A stretch of 64,000 bases of DNA from the human T2T-CHM13v2.0 reference genome, Homo sapiens, in NCBI RefSeq assembly GCF_009914755.1, contig NC_060928.1; one strand, 5' to 3'. Position 1 is the stretch's first letter, and the number at the start of each line of letters is the position of its first letter. The notes under the pieces were generated by a model. The model worked only from the letters and a program-made list of their open reading frames with translations, was not told the origin of the DNA and did not search any database. The translations under genes were made by a program, and so were the position numbers. Positions 41,723 through 57,576 of the stretch are shown here, one piece after another.

Positions 41723-42336
41723 GTATAATTAATTTTTGTAAGGGGGATCCATCATGATTTATCTTTTATATGTTTATAGAATTTTCCTCCCTCTTTCCAC
41801 TATATCTAGTTGGAGAGTTCTTTATGGCTGTGTTGATATATGTATATGTTACGCAGTTCCCAAGAAGAGGCACAAAAGTTTGTTAACCCAGTGGTAAAAT
41901 AAGCAAGTGATCCTGTGTGAATTGAGCTTTTCCCCTTTAACTTAGTGCTTTTAAATGCTTAATTAGCTGAAAGTATAGGTTTATTAGAAAATAAATGATC
42001 TCCCTCTCTTAAGGTAATTATTTTTGATGATATTCTAGATTAAAGTATCACTGAGTTTATTTTCAGACAATGATAGCATTTTTTAACACTTTAAAAAAAT
42101 TATGATCATCATTGAGAATAAACTTACTTCCCTGAAGTAAGGGAAAGGCTTAAGAAGCCCTTTCAGTAGAAAGTTCTAGATGGAGGGTTATTCCTATTCT
42201 AGGAACCATGGTAAATTACCATACATAACATATATTTTTAATCTTATGCACTTACAGGTGTTCTATGTTTTTCATACCAAATTTATCATGAACATTAAGG
42301 TAAACCCTCTATTTTATTTTATTTATTTTAATCTAA

Positions 42337-42459
<123 letters not shown>

Positions 42460-43190
42460 TAAGTAACTGGGACTACAGACGCGTGCCACCACGCCCAGCT
42501 AATTTTTTTGCATTTTTAGTAGAGACAGGGTTTCACCATGTTGGCCAGGCTGGTCTCGAACTCCTGACCTCAAGTGATCTACCCACCTCGGCCTCCCAAA
42601 GTACTGGGAACCCTCTCTATAATTTTAAATGATGAGATCAGTATATCTAGGATAGTAACAAAATCTGGCCCAAAAAACAGAATGGATATTGAGTAGATTG
42701 CTAATAACATCTGCCACAGTTGTATCTACTTATTTAGGGAAGTTCATATGGCTTCTATCCAGTGTTATTTAGTAATATATTTGTGATCAAAAGGGAGTTT
42801 GAATTTATGACCCACAATATGAATCTTACAGATTCAGATATTAAGCTATGTGAGAAGAAAACAAGATTTGAGGGGTTGCTGTATCATCGGCTGAGTGACT
42901 TTGCTTTTTTGTATTTACTTTTAAGGGCAGACTTATCAAGTAGAAATTGTTTACGTTTAGATAGTCATGTTTTTGCCTTCTCAAACTTCTGACAACTGAT
43001 TGTCTCAAAAAGCTAAGAATCTGCTCCTGTAATGTTAGAACTTTTTGACATTTTACGATTTTTTTTTGAAAAAAAAATGTGACAACAATATAAATAGTTG
43101 TTGTTATGGAGTACTTTAAACATATTTATTGAATGCATTAACCACTTGGAACTTTTTTAATAAAAGAGCAATTTTTCAAGACTGAATTAC

Positions 43191-43223
43191 ATATATATAT
43201 ATATATATATATCTCTCTCTCTC
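43191..43223. repeat. Compound microsatellite (AT)11(CT)5
   Basis: Read directly. Confidence 0.9.
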
Positions 43224-43934
43224 AATCATAAGGGTTGGATGAGTGTCCCCACCTTATCTCTTCTCTCTCATAATACAGTTGTAAAATTTTTATTTTGATC
43301 CAATTTCAAACATTTAGAAAATTTACAAGACTTATACAAGGAAATGTAAAAAGAATCATACAAACCCTTCATCCAGATTCTTAGTCGTTAACATCTTCCT
43401 CCTTCCCTCTCCCTCTCCCGAGCCTCTTTCACACATACACATACATTCATTCATTCCTTTTCCTAAACTGTTTGAGAGTAAGTTGCGTATATGATGCCTT
43501 TAAAAACTTTAATATGTATTTCCTTAAAAAAATCAGTACAGATATCAAACTTAGGAAATTTATACTGATGCTATACTATATAGATCTCATTTGGGCTTTT
43601 CAGGTTTTCTTAATAATGTACTTTATAAGCAAAGGAAATCTTTTATATTTGTTTTATTTGTTGTCTCTTTAGCCTCCTTTGATCTGGAAATGTGCACTTT
43701 AGTCATTTTTGGTTTTTCATGACATCGATATTGTTGAGGAGTGCATATTATTTTATAGATTGTCTTTTCACTTTGGTTTATCTTATGTGTCTTTGTGAAC
43801 TATAATAATTTTAAATGAGCAATAGCAATATGATGGCAATATGATGACATTGAACCCAGTAGTACCAATATTGGCTGTTTTACCAATCTGCATCATTTAG
43901 TAAGTTTAACAAAGGATATGGGATTTTATACATT

Positions 43935-45010
43935 TTTTAAAATAAATTTTATTGTATATATTTAAGGTATACAATATGATGTTATGAGATTATACATAAT
44001 AAAATGGTTATTATAGTGGAACAGATTAACATATCCATCATCTTACATAGTTACCCTTTTTCCCCCTTGTGGTAAGAGCAGCTGTAATCTCATTTAGCAA
44101 AAATCCTGAATACAGTATACTATTCTTCTTTTAAATTTTTTTTTTTGAGACAGGGTCTCACTCTGTTGCCAAGGCTGGAGTTCAGTGGCACAGTCACATC
44201 TCACTGCAGCCTCATCTTCTGGGCTCAAGCAATCCTATCGCTTCAGCCTCCTAAGTAACTGGGGCCGCAGGTATACACCACCATACCTAGCTAATTTCTA
44301 GTTTTTTGTAGAGGCAAGGAGCCACTATGTTGCCCAGGCTGGTCTTGAACTCCTGGCTCAAGTGATACTCCCACCTTGTCCTCCCAAGCATTGGGATAAT
44401 AGGTGTGAGTCACTGCCCAGCTTCAGTACACTAAGTACACTATTTGTAACTATGGTCCTCATGTTGTACATTAGATCTTTAGTCTTGTTCATTTTACGTA
44501 TCTGCTACTTTCTGTCCTTTCACTTAGCTCCACCACTCCCCCTGGTAGTCACTGTTTTATTCTCTATCTCTGTATATTTGACTTAAAAAAATTCCACATA
44601 TAAGTGAGGTTATACAATATTTTTCTTTTTGTGTCTGGCTTGTTTCACTTAGCATAACATCCTCCAGGTCCATCTATGTTGTGGCAAATTGCAAGATCTC
44701 TTTTTGTAGCTGAATAATATTTCATTGTGTATATATAGCACAGTTTTAAAAATCCATTCATCTGTTGATGGACACCTGGGTTGTTTCCATATCTTGGCTA
44801 TTGTGGACAATGCTGTAGTGAACATAGGAGTGCAGATGCCTTTACGACTGGGTTATTTCATTTCCTTTGGGTATATGCCTAGAAGACGGATTGCTGGGTC
44901 ATATGGTATTCTATTTTTAATTCTTTAGGAACCTCCATGCTGTTTTCCATAGTGGCCATACCAATCTGTGTTCCCACCAACAGTATATAAGAGTTCCCTC
45001 TTCTCCACAG
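43935..45010 (-). mobile_element. L1MA-type 3' end with an inserted Alu (44135-44420)
   Basis: tatttaaggtatacaatatgatg ... gtgtctggcttgtttcacttagcataac ... ggattgctgggtcatatggta ... ttcccaccaacagtatataag. Confidence 0.85.
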
Positions 45011-45564
45011 GGATTTTCTATTTTTCTGCTTTTGTATTTCAGTGCTGTAAAAGTGCTGTAATTTACAAATCGATGGAATAGAGAATGCAGCTAATTTCAG
45101 GACAAATGTAGACCTGGAGTAGTAATGAAGTAATTCCCATAGAAAAAAGTACAATATAAACTGCAAGCATTTTAAACAAAACTGAAGGTGGTTAATGCAT
45201 TATTTCTGTTCAGCACATATTTGTATTGAGACTTAAGAAATCCGATGATCTGAGTGTGAGTTTAAGCTCCACTACCATCTTGGGTGTGTGTGTGTGTGTT
45301 TCATTTTAGAAATGTGGTGGTAGTATGTTAGAGACATAACAGGCTGTAATGAAGACTAATTCTTATACCATAAAAACTTTGAAGTTTATTTTCATTCATG
45401 ACATGTTGAGAACTTCTGAAAAGGTATAATGGGTATATGTATAAATTCATAAATGCTACTTCTTTTCAGCCTTGTCTTGGTAATTTATGTTGACCTTTGC
45501 CGACAAACTCATTGTCTTGTTGTCATCTCTTGTTACTAGAGGGAGTTGTTTATCTCTTTTCTAG

Positions 45565-45728
45565 GTGTCCCGTTCCCAAAGAATTTCATGTCTGTGGCAA
45601 AAACTATACTCAAACGCCTCTTTAGGGTTTATGCTCACATTTATCATCAGCATTTTGACCCTGTGATCCAGCTTCAGGAGGAAGCACATCTAAATACATC
45701 TTTCAAGCACTTTATTTTTTTTGTCCAG
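45565..45728 (+). CDS. MOB1B: MOB1B coding exon 5 (164 nt)
   Basis: ttttctag|GT acceptor and CAG|gtaagt donor. Encodes (G)VPFPKNFMSVAKTILKRLFRVYAHIYHQHFDPVIQLQEEAHLNTSFKHFIFFVQ, with the K153/R154/R157 phospho-binding pocket and H161/H166 Zn ligands. Confidence 0.98.
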
Positions 45729-48416
45729 GTAAGTTGGATTAGGAGGCCTTTGGTGCTCAGGGTAAGCATTTATCTTCATAGTTCTAAGGTAAATACTGTA
45801 TTCACACTGTCAGGATGGAATTTGCCATATCTCTGTAGTCTGCATCCTCTTCTACAGTTTTCCATGATGATAAGGACTGACTTTTTGTTTCTAAATTTTA
45901 TTAGTTTCCAAGTTGATGGTATGCAAGTCTAAAATGGATTTGAAAAGTTGTGCCTTGGATTTGCTTCAGTTAACAGGCCATATGGAGGGACTGGATAATG
46001 AATCTGACTAGTTTGGCAGATCTGTGGATGAACTGGTTCTCCTGGGCATTTTAGTACTTCTCCTACTGCAGTCTGCCCTGGATCTTTATTAGCGGACTCT
46101 GGTGCAGGAATGGGTTTTGAATATCACATCTGTTTTTTGTCCTTTTGTTTTTTTTAAAACCACATTCTAAATAAGTTTTAAGTTAAGGACTATCCATCAT
46201 GTCTGAGGGAAAAATATGTCACAAAGAATGTTTCTGTGCCAGAGGGCCATTAGTCTTTGGTCTGACTTCCTAGTTAACTTCCTCTTTTTTTAGTCTTCAA
46301 ATAACTGGCCTTAGAAATGCAGACTAAGAGCAGTGACAGTATTCTCACCATGCTCTAATAATAAGAGAAATAACAGGCAAAAATGAAAAAGAGGTGGAAA
46401 TAAAAGAGCTGACCAGTTTTTTATTGTTGCTATTATTGTTGTTGGAGGTTGAGAAGGGGAGATGGTCATCAGGAGAATAAACAATTAAACATCTTGAATT
46501 CGTGTTGTTTTTGTATATCTACAGGCATATATTTATAAATGCCTTTGCCACTTCCCCTGTTCTCTTAAGAAATTTGTATCCATCTTCCCCCTGTACACAC
46601 TCCTCACACTGAAGGCACACATTTTACCTATATAAACATACTTTAGGAGATTGTAACTTGCCAAAACTGTTGCTCTCAACAGTTACTTTACTGTGGTATC
46701 CCATGTCCAGAACTCAGGAACAAAGAAAATGTTGTCCTAAAGTTTGCATCTGTGTTTGGTTTAGGCAGAACATGATTGCTAAAGTTCAGGTTGTGGTGGT
46801 TTAAGAGAGTATATTCTCCCTCCAGAAGGGTTAATTTTACTGGACTCAGTGATCTTACACTGTGTTTCCCAACTCCTAGCAAATAGCAAGGGATTGATAC
46901 ATAGCATTTACCACATCTGATTCTGTTTGTATCTCAGGACACTGTGAGCTTCTTAAAGGTAGGTCCATTATACAGTATCACTGTTTGATTAAGTAAGGGG
47001 GGCACCTGCCTTGGGCCCCACAATTTAGAGATACCTGCTCTGGTCCTTCTGCTGCCTGCACCCCTCCCCACAGAGTGAGGAATCCATAGGGCTAAGAATA
47101 TGCCTACCTAGATCCCTTCTGTTGCTTGCTTGGGTACCTGAAACCCAGAATTCTCTGTCCACATGGTCCAAAATGTATTTCCAGGGTCTCCATGCATCTT
47201 TTTCTGGGCTCCATTCTTTTGAGGGCGGGTCCCGTCTCTGATATGTATACCTCTAGGCCTGAGAGTTTGCTGATGGCAGCTGTTTCTGAGGGCATGTGGA
47301 CATTACCCAAAGTGTCCACACTCGTATGTGAGACCTCTTGAGGTGCAGGGTGGATGGGGTTGGAAAAGCAGGGAGGTTTTCTGAGGGCTAGGCACCTGGG
47401 GCTGGCTTTCCTCATGTCACTACTTTCCAGTGCAGAATCCTGAGGAGTCTGGAGAATTCTAAGTTTGAATCTGTTCTCCTGGTCGCTGTGAAAGTATATT
47501 TGTTAAGGTAGGAGGATAGAGCATGTTTTACTTAACAACATTCTAGCTTAATATAAAATTTAGTAATTTAGTCATATGATATATACCCATTTGTGTTTTT
47601 GGCCCAGACTCTACAAATCTTGGGCTTGGTCCTGTTATTAAATATCCTCTAATGCTTCTCTCCAGTATTTAACTGTAGTGCTTGGCATATGATAGATGCT
47701 AATAAATGAATTAAATTGAAACTAAGAATGCCTTACCATGGCAGAAGATCAGAAGTGTAGACAAGCCTCTATTTACTAGCCTTATAGTTTATAGTTCAGG
47801 GGAAATCTATTCAGAAGTGAACTTCAGAATGACGGGTGGAATTTCTAAAGGAGCACAAATTAAATTCAGGCTTTCTCATTTGTTCTTCACAGGACTTTAA
47901 TTTATCATTTGTGGATTCAGCCATATTCGTGTTATTTTCCTACCATATCTTTTGATAGCTTGCAGATACGTTAGTTTGTAACCAGGTTTTGGCTTTTCAT
48001 ATAATGCTGAATTTGCCTGAGATGCTAGTGTTTTGTGTGTGTGTCTATGTCTACTTGGTTAACTGTATTTAAATGGTGTCCAGATCATTCCTTTCAACAG
48101 GAAGCAGCAACTTCCATTTATTGTTACTTTGTGTCAGGCATTACATGAAGTAGTTAACATCCAGTATCACATTTAGTCCCCACAATAATTTTATGAGATA
48201 GGGGGATTTATCCTAATGTCACAGATGTAAAAGCATAACATCAGGAGTGCTTAAGTGATTTACCCAAGACACAGACCTAGTGAACAAGAAAAAAATAATC
48301 TACTTTTATGTACTTCAAAAGCTAATTTCCAACAAATGTTCATGGTAATTTACTTTGGAATAAGATGCAAATAATGTTTTTGCTATTTATTCTGCCTTTC
48401 TTTATATCATGCATAG

Positions 48417-48494
48417 GAATTCAACCTTATTGATAGAAGAGAACTTGCACCACTCCAAGAACTGATTGAAAAACTCACCTCAAAAGACAGATAA
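48417..48494 (+). CDS. MOB1B: MOB1B last coding exon 6 (coding part, to TAA)
   Basis: gcatag|GAA acceptor. Encodes EFNLIDRRELAPLQELIEKLTSKDR*. Exon lengths 167+94+134+164+78 plus 14 nt from exon 1 give 651 nt = 216 aa + stop. Confidence 0.98.
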   Translation, partial: EFNLIDRRELAPLQELIEKLTSKDR

Positions 48495-51400
48495 AAGGAT
48501 GCAGAGCTGTGCAAATTGTTCCTCAAATGAAGCAGTGTGGAGTGTATTGGGGATTTTGTTATATTTTGTTTTTATCTGGATTGTTTTTGTCCTAGGTTTG
48601 GGGGCGGGGGCTTGTTTGGGTTCCTTTTTCTTTATTCTGATTATGTGAAACCATATTCTATTGCTAGGGGAAGCCAAGAACCATTCTCTATACACTTGAT
48701 AAGGGTAAATTTATCTTAGTGTTTTTAAACTTGGTTTTGGTTACTTGAGGAGTTTTTTAATAATATTGTGTGCTGCAAGAAAGTGCTTGTTGATTGAACT
48801 GCCGATGGATTGGTTTCTGTGTGGTATAAATTGTGGCCCATTTATGAAGTCCCCAAAAGAGTTATGTTTTTAAGTGCCTTGGCAGGCTCACTTCTGAGGT
48901 GCAAAACATAGATATAGAACTGAACAGGGCTTGAAACAATATTAGGATTACTACCCAGGGCACTTACTGGTGCATGTTGTAACATATCTATGATAAAAGC
49001 CATAGTTTACCTAAAATGGTGATTTCCAGCCTTTACTGCTTTGAAGAAACAGAATTTGTAAAGGTATGCATGTAGAACATAAAAAATATTTCTTAATTAT
49101 TTTTTATATTGATGGTAATATATTACGTTCAACAATGCTTAAAGCTCTACAAGCAGGTCTTTTCCCACCTCTTGATATCTGTGATACTGAAACTTGAGGA
49201 TGTTGAAATGTATTACATTTTGGCTTCTTTCTACATGTTAACTGCACTGTAGATGTAAAAATTCAGGTTATATATAGGATTGCCATCTTCAGAGGTGATG
49301 CTGAACTGTGAGGTTTCCTAGTAATTGCCAAATGAGCCGTAAGTCTGCAGAATTCCCTTCTACTTTGAAGAGAAGGGGATAGGAATGTATATTTGGCTGG
49401 GGGCATGGAGATGTTCGTATGTATGAGGAGTTAGGGATGGGGAGTCAAGTTCTAGAAAGTTTTGTCTGAAAACCTTTGAATAGAATGGCATGAAGATTTT
49501 AATCAATTACTTATAAACAAAGTCTTAGAGACTTCCTTTTAGGAATCAACTTCCATGAGAAGTTAAAAATAAATTATTAATTTTAGGTACAGACATTAAA
49601 CATGGAATTTAAGGACTGTTGGGGGAAATTGATCACTTCTTAGCATTTCCATTCAGTGAATGGAGCTGATGTTTGCCTGTCATTTTAAGATGATACCATA
49701 CCTTCTTTGGTTATTATAGGTCCAGTTTGAAGCATTCTGACTTCTGGTTTTTCCACCCTGAAAGGAAATGTTTTTCTTTGCAGCAGTATTAGATAATGAA
49801 AAATGCTAATTCAGTAGTTATTAACTTCTAAATTTTATTCGCCATGACTTTCTAGTGAATTATTACCATAAATAACAATTTCAGAAACTTAGTTTTTAGA
49901 ATAAATATTAATTTTTCCACTTCAGTTTTATTCTAGAAAATACCCTTTTTAGAAATCCAGTTTTAGTTTTGTCATTTTCGATAAATCTTTCTTCAGTTAG
50001 AAATATATATCCTTCCTTCAGTTGAAACATATACCTTTTTCACATCTAGGAAGAAATGCTTGCTCTGAAATAGTATAGATTAAAAACACTCAGTAGAAAA
50101 GAATCTAAAATTAAATGAATTTGTTTTGCCATTAAAGTAGAGCAGTGATACAATTTAATGCCATTACAATTATGTTGACTAGAAACTGCCTTTTTCTCCA
50201 CTTCATTTCTAGCAATTATTTACCAAGTACCAACAGTAGAAGTAACAGGAAAGCCTGGCAGAGTTAAATATCTTGGACATTTATTGGTAAAGCTTATTTA
50301 TAAACTGCAGTCAGAGCTAGTTAATTTCCTTAAATCTTTTTGTATTCAGATAGATAATATGAATCATTATGGGTTGATTCAGAAATAAAATTTGTGAGGT
50401 GATTTTGAATCTTGTCTATATAGGAAAATGAAGCACAGAATTACTCAGTCTTCCATATTGTATTTGACTTCATATCAATCTAGTAAAAAAGGAGTTGCAA
50501 TAGCCAAGTATAGAGAGAATAGTGAAAAATTAATCTTGCCCTTTCAAGCCTTATACAGTAGTACACTGTACTTGTTTTTAGTAGTAAGACCTACTTTCCC
50601 ACTATATTTAGATAGTTTGTTTTCACTGTGCCAGAATCTCAGGTGCCTGCTTAGAGTATTTCTTTAATCACAGTCACTGGGAAGTAAGGAGATGTATATA
50701 TGTGTATATATGGTAACAAAGCATAGCAGTTCTCTAGGGGAGAGGCCTGGCATTGCACATGGTGTTACATGGCTACAAGTAAGGAAAAAATCAGAAAGTG
50801 AAAGAACTGATGTAATAAAAGGTTGATTTGGTTGGTTCCCATGAAAGTTAGTAAGATGCCCTTTTAAATATAAGGATCAGTGCTTTGTTCTGCAGCAGAG
50901 TTTGCTGATAAATGTCTGTTGGATTCTTTTTGGATTTCTTTAATTAATTTGTAAGTAACCAAGATAATTATTTTCCCCCTTGCTCTCTATATTAATACGT
51001 AGCTATAAAGCAACAGTTGGTTTTCTTATCCTTTGATAAAAGCATCCCATAAAATATAAAGTAGTAAGTTAACATAGTATTATTGTCACACACAATGCTT
51101 TTTTTGGTTAAATGTTGATACGAAGCAATGTTTTGGAATTACTTTAATTGATGGAGTAGTGGTGGTAGAGAGAAATTAATAACAAAAAGAGTGAAAATAT
51201 TTTAATTAGCAGTAGATGGTGCTACTGGCTTTCATTTGCTGACTTGATTATTCCCTTTCTCTTAAAAACCATGGCATTAGACTGCACTAAATTAACAAGC
51301 ATGTTAGTTGCTGGTAGAGGTTTTGGAGGTTAATTTACCTTAAATTGGAAGACTTTTAATTGCAGTCTCTTTCTACCTTCCCTCTGTTAGTCATTTGTAA

Positions 51401-51828
51401 ATTCTAAATGGTCACCATAAAATGTATTAGGTAGGAGAAGATACGTTTTATGTATAATATATCTCAGACTGAGTTACTGCCTGTCTTATCAGGATGGATA
51501 AAACACTACAGTCTCTTATCAGGAAATAGAGATGATGTGGATATTTATATATTACATATATAACCACCAGACTCCATTTTATATATTAGCATTTTCCTTG
51601 CTTATGGGAAAATAGCAAAACAACATTTCATTTATACTTTTGTTTACCCCTCTCTGAGACAGGTTTTGATAACCACTGAAATGGTAGAATATGTGAGATA
51701 CAAATATTGAGTTGTAGAACTTTCTTTTTAAGGTGAATAAGTCATGCCTTAACATCCAAATAAGAGTTCATCTTCAGAGTGGTTCTTTTGGGAGCACTGT
51801 TTATTCCAGCTATACTGCAAAAGTATAA

Positions 51829-52260
<432 letters not shown>

Positions 52261-54579
52261 TGACCTATCTTAATCATCAGCTCAACTGTAATTTAAATTT
52301 GGCTGTTCTCTGGAGCTAAACCATTAGGGAAGTTCAAAGGAATGTGCCATGATTTCCGAATTTGCACAAGAGAATGTTTTAAGCATTGGTAGCATCATTG
52401 AATAAAAGAATAGTTTCCTGATGTCACTATTTTGAAGTGGAAATTATCACTTGGATGTGGAGGTTTTACTTTTTAAAAACATTCAGCTTAATTACCTTAC
52501 CTTAATTACCTTAGTTAGATATACTAATGGAAAAAAACCAAGTCCTTTCTCTAGAACTTGTTTTCTATTTTTGTTCCTTTTCATGAAAACTTCTCAATTT
52601 AATTTTAACTACTGTAGGATAGTATTGATTGAATGGATACTATGGAAAAGTGGATCCAATATTTAAGATAGAAGTAGTTTAAGGAGACAACAGCCTTTAC
52701 TGCCATTTTTTTTTAAATGTTTTCACTCAGATGAACAATTTGACTTTAATAAAAGACTGGAGATTTTTGTACAAAGAAATAGGAATAAGTTTCATATACT
52801 AATTATGCTGAGTTTTAAGCCTACATATCACAAAATATTTAGAATTGTATAACCTTTTCATATATTTATAACTTTTAATGTCTTTTTAAAAGATGTGGGA
52901 CCAAAAATATATTTATAATTTGGAAATGTGACTGCATACCAATAAGAAAACTTACCTTATTTTGAAATTTATCTGGGATATTAAAGAATCTACCAATTCT
53001 TAAAAACACAGATTTATACTTTAAGCTTATTTTAAAATTAAAGAATATATACCAATTCTTAGAAACACTTTAAGGACTACTCTTAAATAACTTAAATATC
53101 AGAGTTTTGTTGTAATATTAAAATTTACCATGGAAATCACTGTTGTTCAGCTATCACCTTAATTGTGTATGATATGATAAATGTTTAGCAGTAAAGCTAT
53201 CTTAAGATTTAATGGAAAAGTTTAATTTGAAGATGTAACAAAAATTCTGACCACAGTTGATTCTGAATTTTTAAGGCTTTCCTAATAGGCTGATCACAGA
53301 GAATAATCCATTTTGAAGGTATAAAACTGCACTGTATGTCTGTCACTTGTAGCTGAACTGATTCACATTTTGACAAAAGAGAGAAAATACAAAAATGAGT
53401 TTTGCAAATGTAATAACTTTTTCTGCATATAGAACTAAATAATTGAAAAATATGGGCTATAGTTCTCAAAGGTAGATAGTAAAATCACTGGCTTTTTCCA
53501 GCTGTATGTTTTTCCACTGTGCGTGTACACACACACTGGAAAATAATTAGGCTGATTTTGCAGGTCTTCATTGTTAGAGATTCTGAAGTATTTACTGTCA
53601 ATTCATAGGTTTCAGTTTATTTAGGAAATTAGTGTTTGACAGCTTTTTTTAAATTATTTCACTGAAGCTGAGATTATTAGTGATACAAAGTTAAAATTTC
53701 AATATTTAATTTCTCTATATATTATTAATATTAAATTGTTTTTTACTTATAAATTCATGTTCTCATCTGATTTAATATTAAATTTGTATAGGTGGGCGTT
53801 TCTTACCATTTTGCACAAGTTTTTGTTTTTCTGAAATACTTAATTGTGCAGGTTGTAAAAAAGATTAGTGCATTTTCATTTTAAGGATGCTTTGCTCCTT
53901 AAATTGTTCGACAGAAATGACTTTTTAGGGAAAGTAGTTTTTTTGGAGCTACTAACTTGTATTTATTATTGTACATGCATAACCAGGGTGGTGAGGGCAC
54001 TAATCTTGTAGGAAACACTTACTTGATGTTTTATTTGAACTTTTCCTATAGGTTTAACTTTTACTGCATAGAATTAACACTAGGAACAGTGTCATGAAAT
54101 CTGGGTTGAAGGAGAATACAGTATATATGAGAACACTTAAAGTTCAAATAGAAATCATTTCTGAAGACAAAAGCAGAGGAATATTGTCAGTGCCAAGTAA
54201 TGGAAGAATAAGGGCGGCATTTACACTGTGCAAGTATTGAGAAGAGTGCATAAAGACAGGGAACTACTCTCATGGAGACAGTTTCTCTCTTATAATCAAG
54301 TAACTAGAAGGGGAAAAATCATCTAAGTTATGAAATCCAACATAGGCGCTATATTACAAACTGTGCCGGATTATGCAAATTGTAGTTGTTACTGATCAAA
54401 GTTTAATTGCTTCATTTTTGTTTAAAAAGGGATACTGATGTCAGAAAATCTGTAATATGTTTTATTCAAAAGATGTAAATAATGTATACAGACTTGTATG
54501 TGATGGGATGGGAAATATTTAAATTCTAGGTGTTTTTTTTTTTTTAAAGAAGAAACTCAATGTTTATAAGAAAAAAATG

Positions 54580-54585
54580 AATAAA
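54580..54585 (+). terminator. MOB1B: Distal poly(A) signal of MOB1B
   Basis: AATAAA with upstream U-rich/UGUA elements (TGTAAATA 54474, TGTA 54483), CA ~15 nt downstream and a T-rich element (actgtttatttttg) further downstream. Confidence 0.75.
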
Positions 54586-55012
54586 TAGTTACGTTTGGCC
54601 ATGAATCCTGACTTTGCATTACTGTTTATTTTTGCTATAGGCATTCCCACACTAAACACATTCCAAGGGAAATATTGATGGCATATGGAATATGTTGAAC
54701 ATTTAAAATTTGTTAGGCACTATTTTCTGTAATGTTCACAACAACCAGTGTCTTAACATCTTAGAAAACTAAAGCTCAGAAATTGTACAAGTCACTGATT
54801 TGGATTAGGGTTTTAAAACCCTACTGTGTCTGAACTTGAAACCAGTGTTTCTGTTTTACTTTTTTCACTTTTTTCTTTATTCTGCAGTATGCAGGTGTAT
54901 GTTTTCTATAATATATACTATTACAGTGAGAACAGTTAGCACAGTAATAATCATTTGTTGACCTCTTCACCAAGCTATTATTTAATATTTTGTCTTCATT
55001 GCAGATCATTAA

Positions 55013-55859
<847 letters not shown>

Positions 55860-56634
55860 CACCCTGTTATTCATTTATTGTGTGTAAAGAAATATATATT
55901 GTAAAATTACCTACATTTTGATAATTAGGTTCATTTACCTCTGTTGTACTAAATGTATTATAAGTTGTTAATCCCTTATATAACATCTGCAATGAGCATT
56001 TTGCAACACAAAGATTCTAATTAATTATTCCTCTAAGGTTTAAACAACCATGTTTAGTAGAAGTTTTACTAAGAAATTGTACATGCTCCTGTTACAGCAT
56101 GATGAATACAGTGTCACATTTTCTTGATGACCTCAGTCCACTTCACAAGCATGTAGTAAAACAGCTTTCTTTGCTAAGCTGTATACATCTGATGGCTCCT
56201 ATGCTCTTCTAGTATGTTATTTTGCTTTCAGATTTCAGATTTGCAGGAAGCACACTGACTCCCACTCTTGCATTTATGATGGCTTCTGTACCCCGTTTTC
56301 TAGGCACTAATGAAGATTACAAGGGGAAATTTATAACCAAGCTTATTAAGTTGATAAATATCATTTTACAGAAGTAGTTGAGTTTGTGTAGACAAACTCA
56401 TGGGCTGTGTAACCACTACTTAATGTTCAGGGTCTCTTATTTTTTCTGCTTTTTATTATTTTCTGGGTTGATTTAGTTTTCCTAATAAACCTGTATGTTG
56501 TCAGTCAGAACGCTGTCTCATTCTTTAGTTACACTAGAATTCCCACAGGAGAAAATTCCCAAATTGAAGGAGTAGTAAAATTTCTGGTAAGAAAGGATTA
56601 GGTGGCAGCACGATCATGACTGGCTGGGTGCGCT

Positions 56635-57576
56635 GTATCCTGTCTCTTATCTGCAGTTTCAAAACCTGAAAAGCTCAGAAAACCAAAATTTTTTTGTTTG
56701 TTTTTTTGAGACGGGGTCTCACTCTCATCCAGGCTGGAGTGCAGTGGCATGATCTTGGCTTAATGCAACTTCCGCCTCCCGGGTGCAAGCGATTCTCCAG
56801 CTTCAGCCTCCCGAGTAGCTGGGACCACAGGCACACACCACCACGCCCGGCTAGTTTTTGTATCTTTAGTAGAGACAGGGTTTCGCCATGTTGGCCAGGC
56901 TGGTCTCGAACTCCTGAACTCAGGTAATCTGTCCATCTCGGCCTCCCACAGTGTTGGGATTACAGGCGTGAGCCACCGTGCTTGGCCCCAAAGGTATTTT
57001 TTTTGAATTCAGTGCAAACTTATTCTGACCAGATGTTAATAGTCTTTATCCCACTTCATGTTAACACTCTTTGTTTCACTGCAAAATATTAGTGCATTTG
57101 ATTTAACACCTCTGCAGGGGGAGTGGGGGTGCTTACTTAATAATTAATATACAGTATATGCACTGTATCGTTTCTAAAGTTTCGATTCCAAATTTTATTA
57201 TTGAGACGGGGTCTTGCTGCTGTGTCACTCAGGCTGGCATGCAGTGGCGCGATCATAGCTTACTAAAGCTAAAACTTTGCAGGCCCAAACCATCCTCCCA
57301 CCTCAGCCTCCTGAGTAGCTGGGACCACAGGTGTGTGCCACCACAACCAGCTAATTTTTGTATTTTTTCTATTAGTTTCGCCATGTTTCCCTGGTTGGTC
57401 TCGAATTCCTGAGCTCAAGCATTCCAGAGTACCTCCCAAAGTGCTGGGATTATAGGCAAGAGCCACTGCGTCCAGCCAGTTCCAAAGTTTAGAATTTCTT
57501 TTCTAAAAATCTTTTCTAAAAGTTTTAAATTCTGAAACATCTGGCTGCCAGGGTTTTAGATAAGAGATTGTGGACC
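56635..57576. mobile_element. Tigger-type fossil (MER46C-like) interrupted by two antisense Alus (56688-56987, 57200-57476)
   Basis: Inverted ends tctcttatct ... agataagaga, with Alus inserted inside. Confidence 0.55.

Noticed and set aside
45546-45932. 128-aa ORF extending exon 5 into intron 5
   Set aside because: Only 45565-45728 is MOB1-like. The donor CAG|gtaagt is a perfect consensus and the extension has no recognisable similarity.
46995-47635. GC-richer segment in intron 5 with 103-aa and 71-aa ORFs
   Set aside because: No protein similarity or splice context. The ends resemble an ancient hAT-type transposon remnant that I cannot name reliably.
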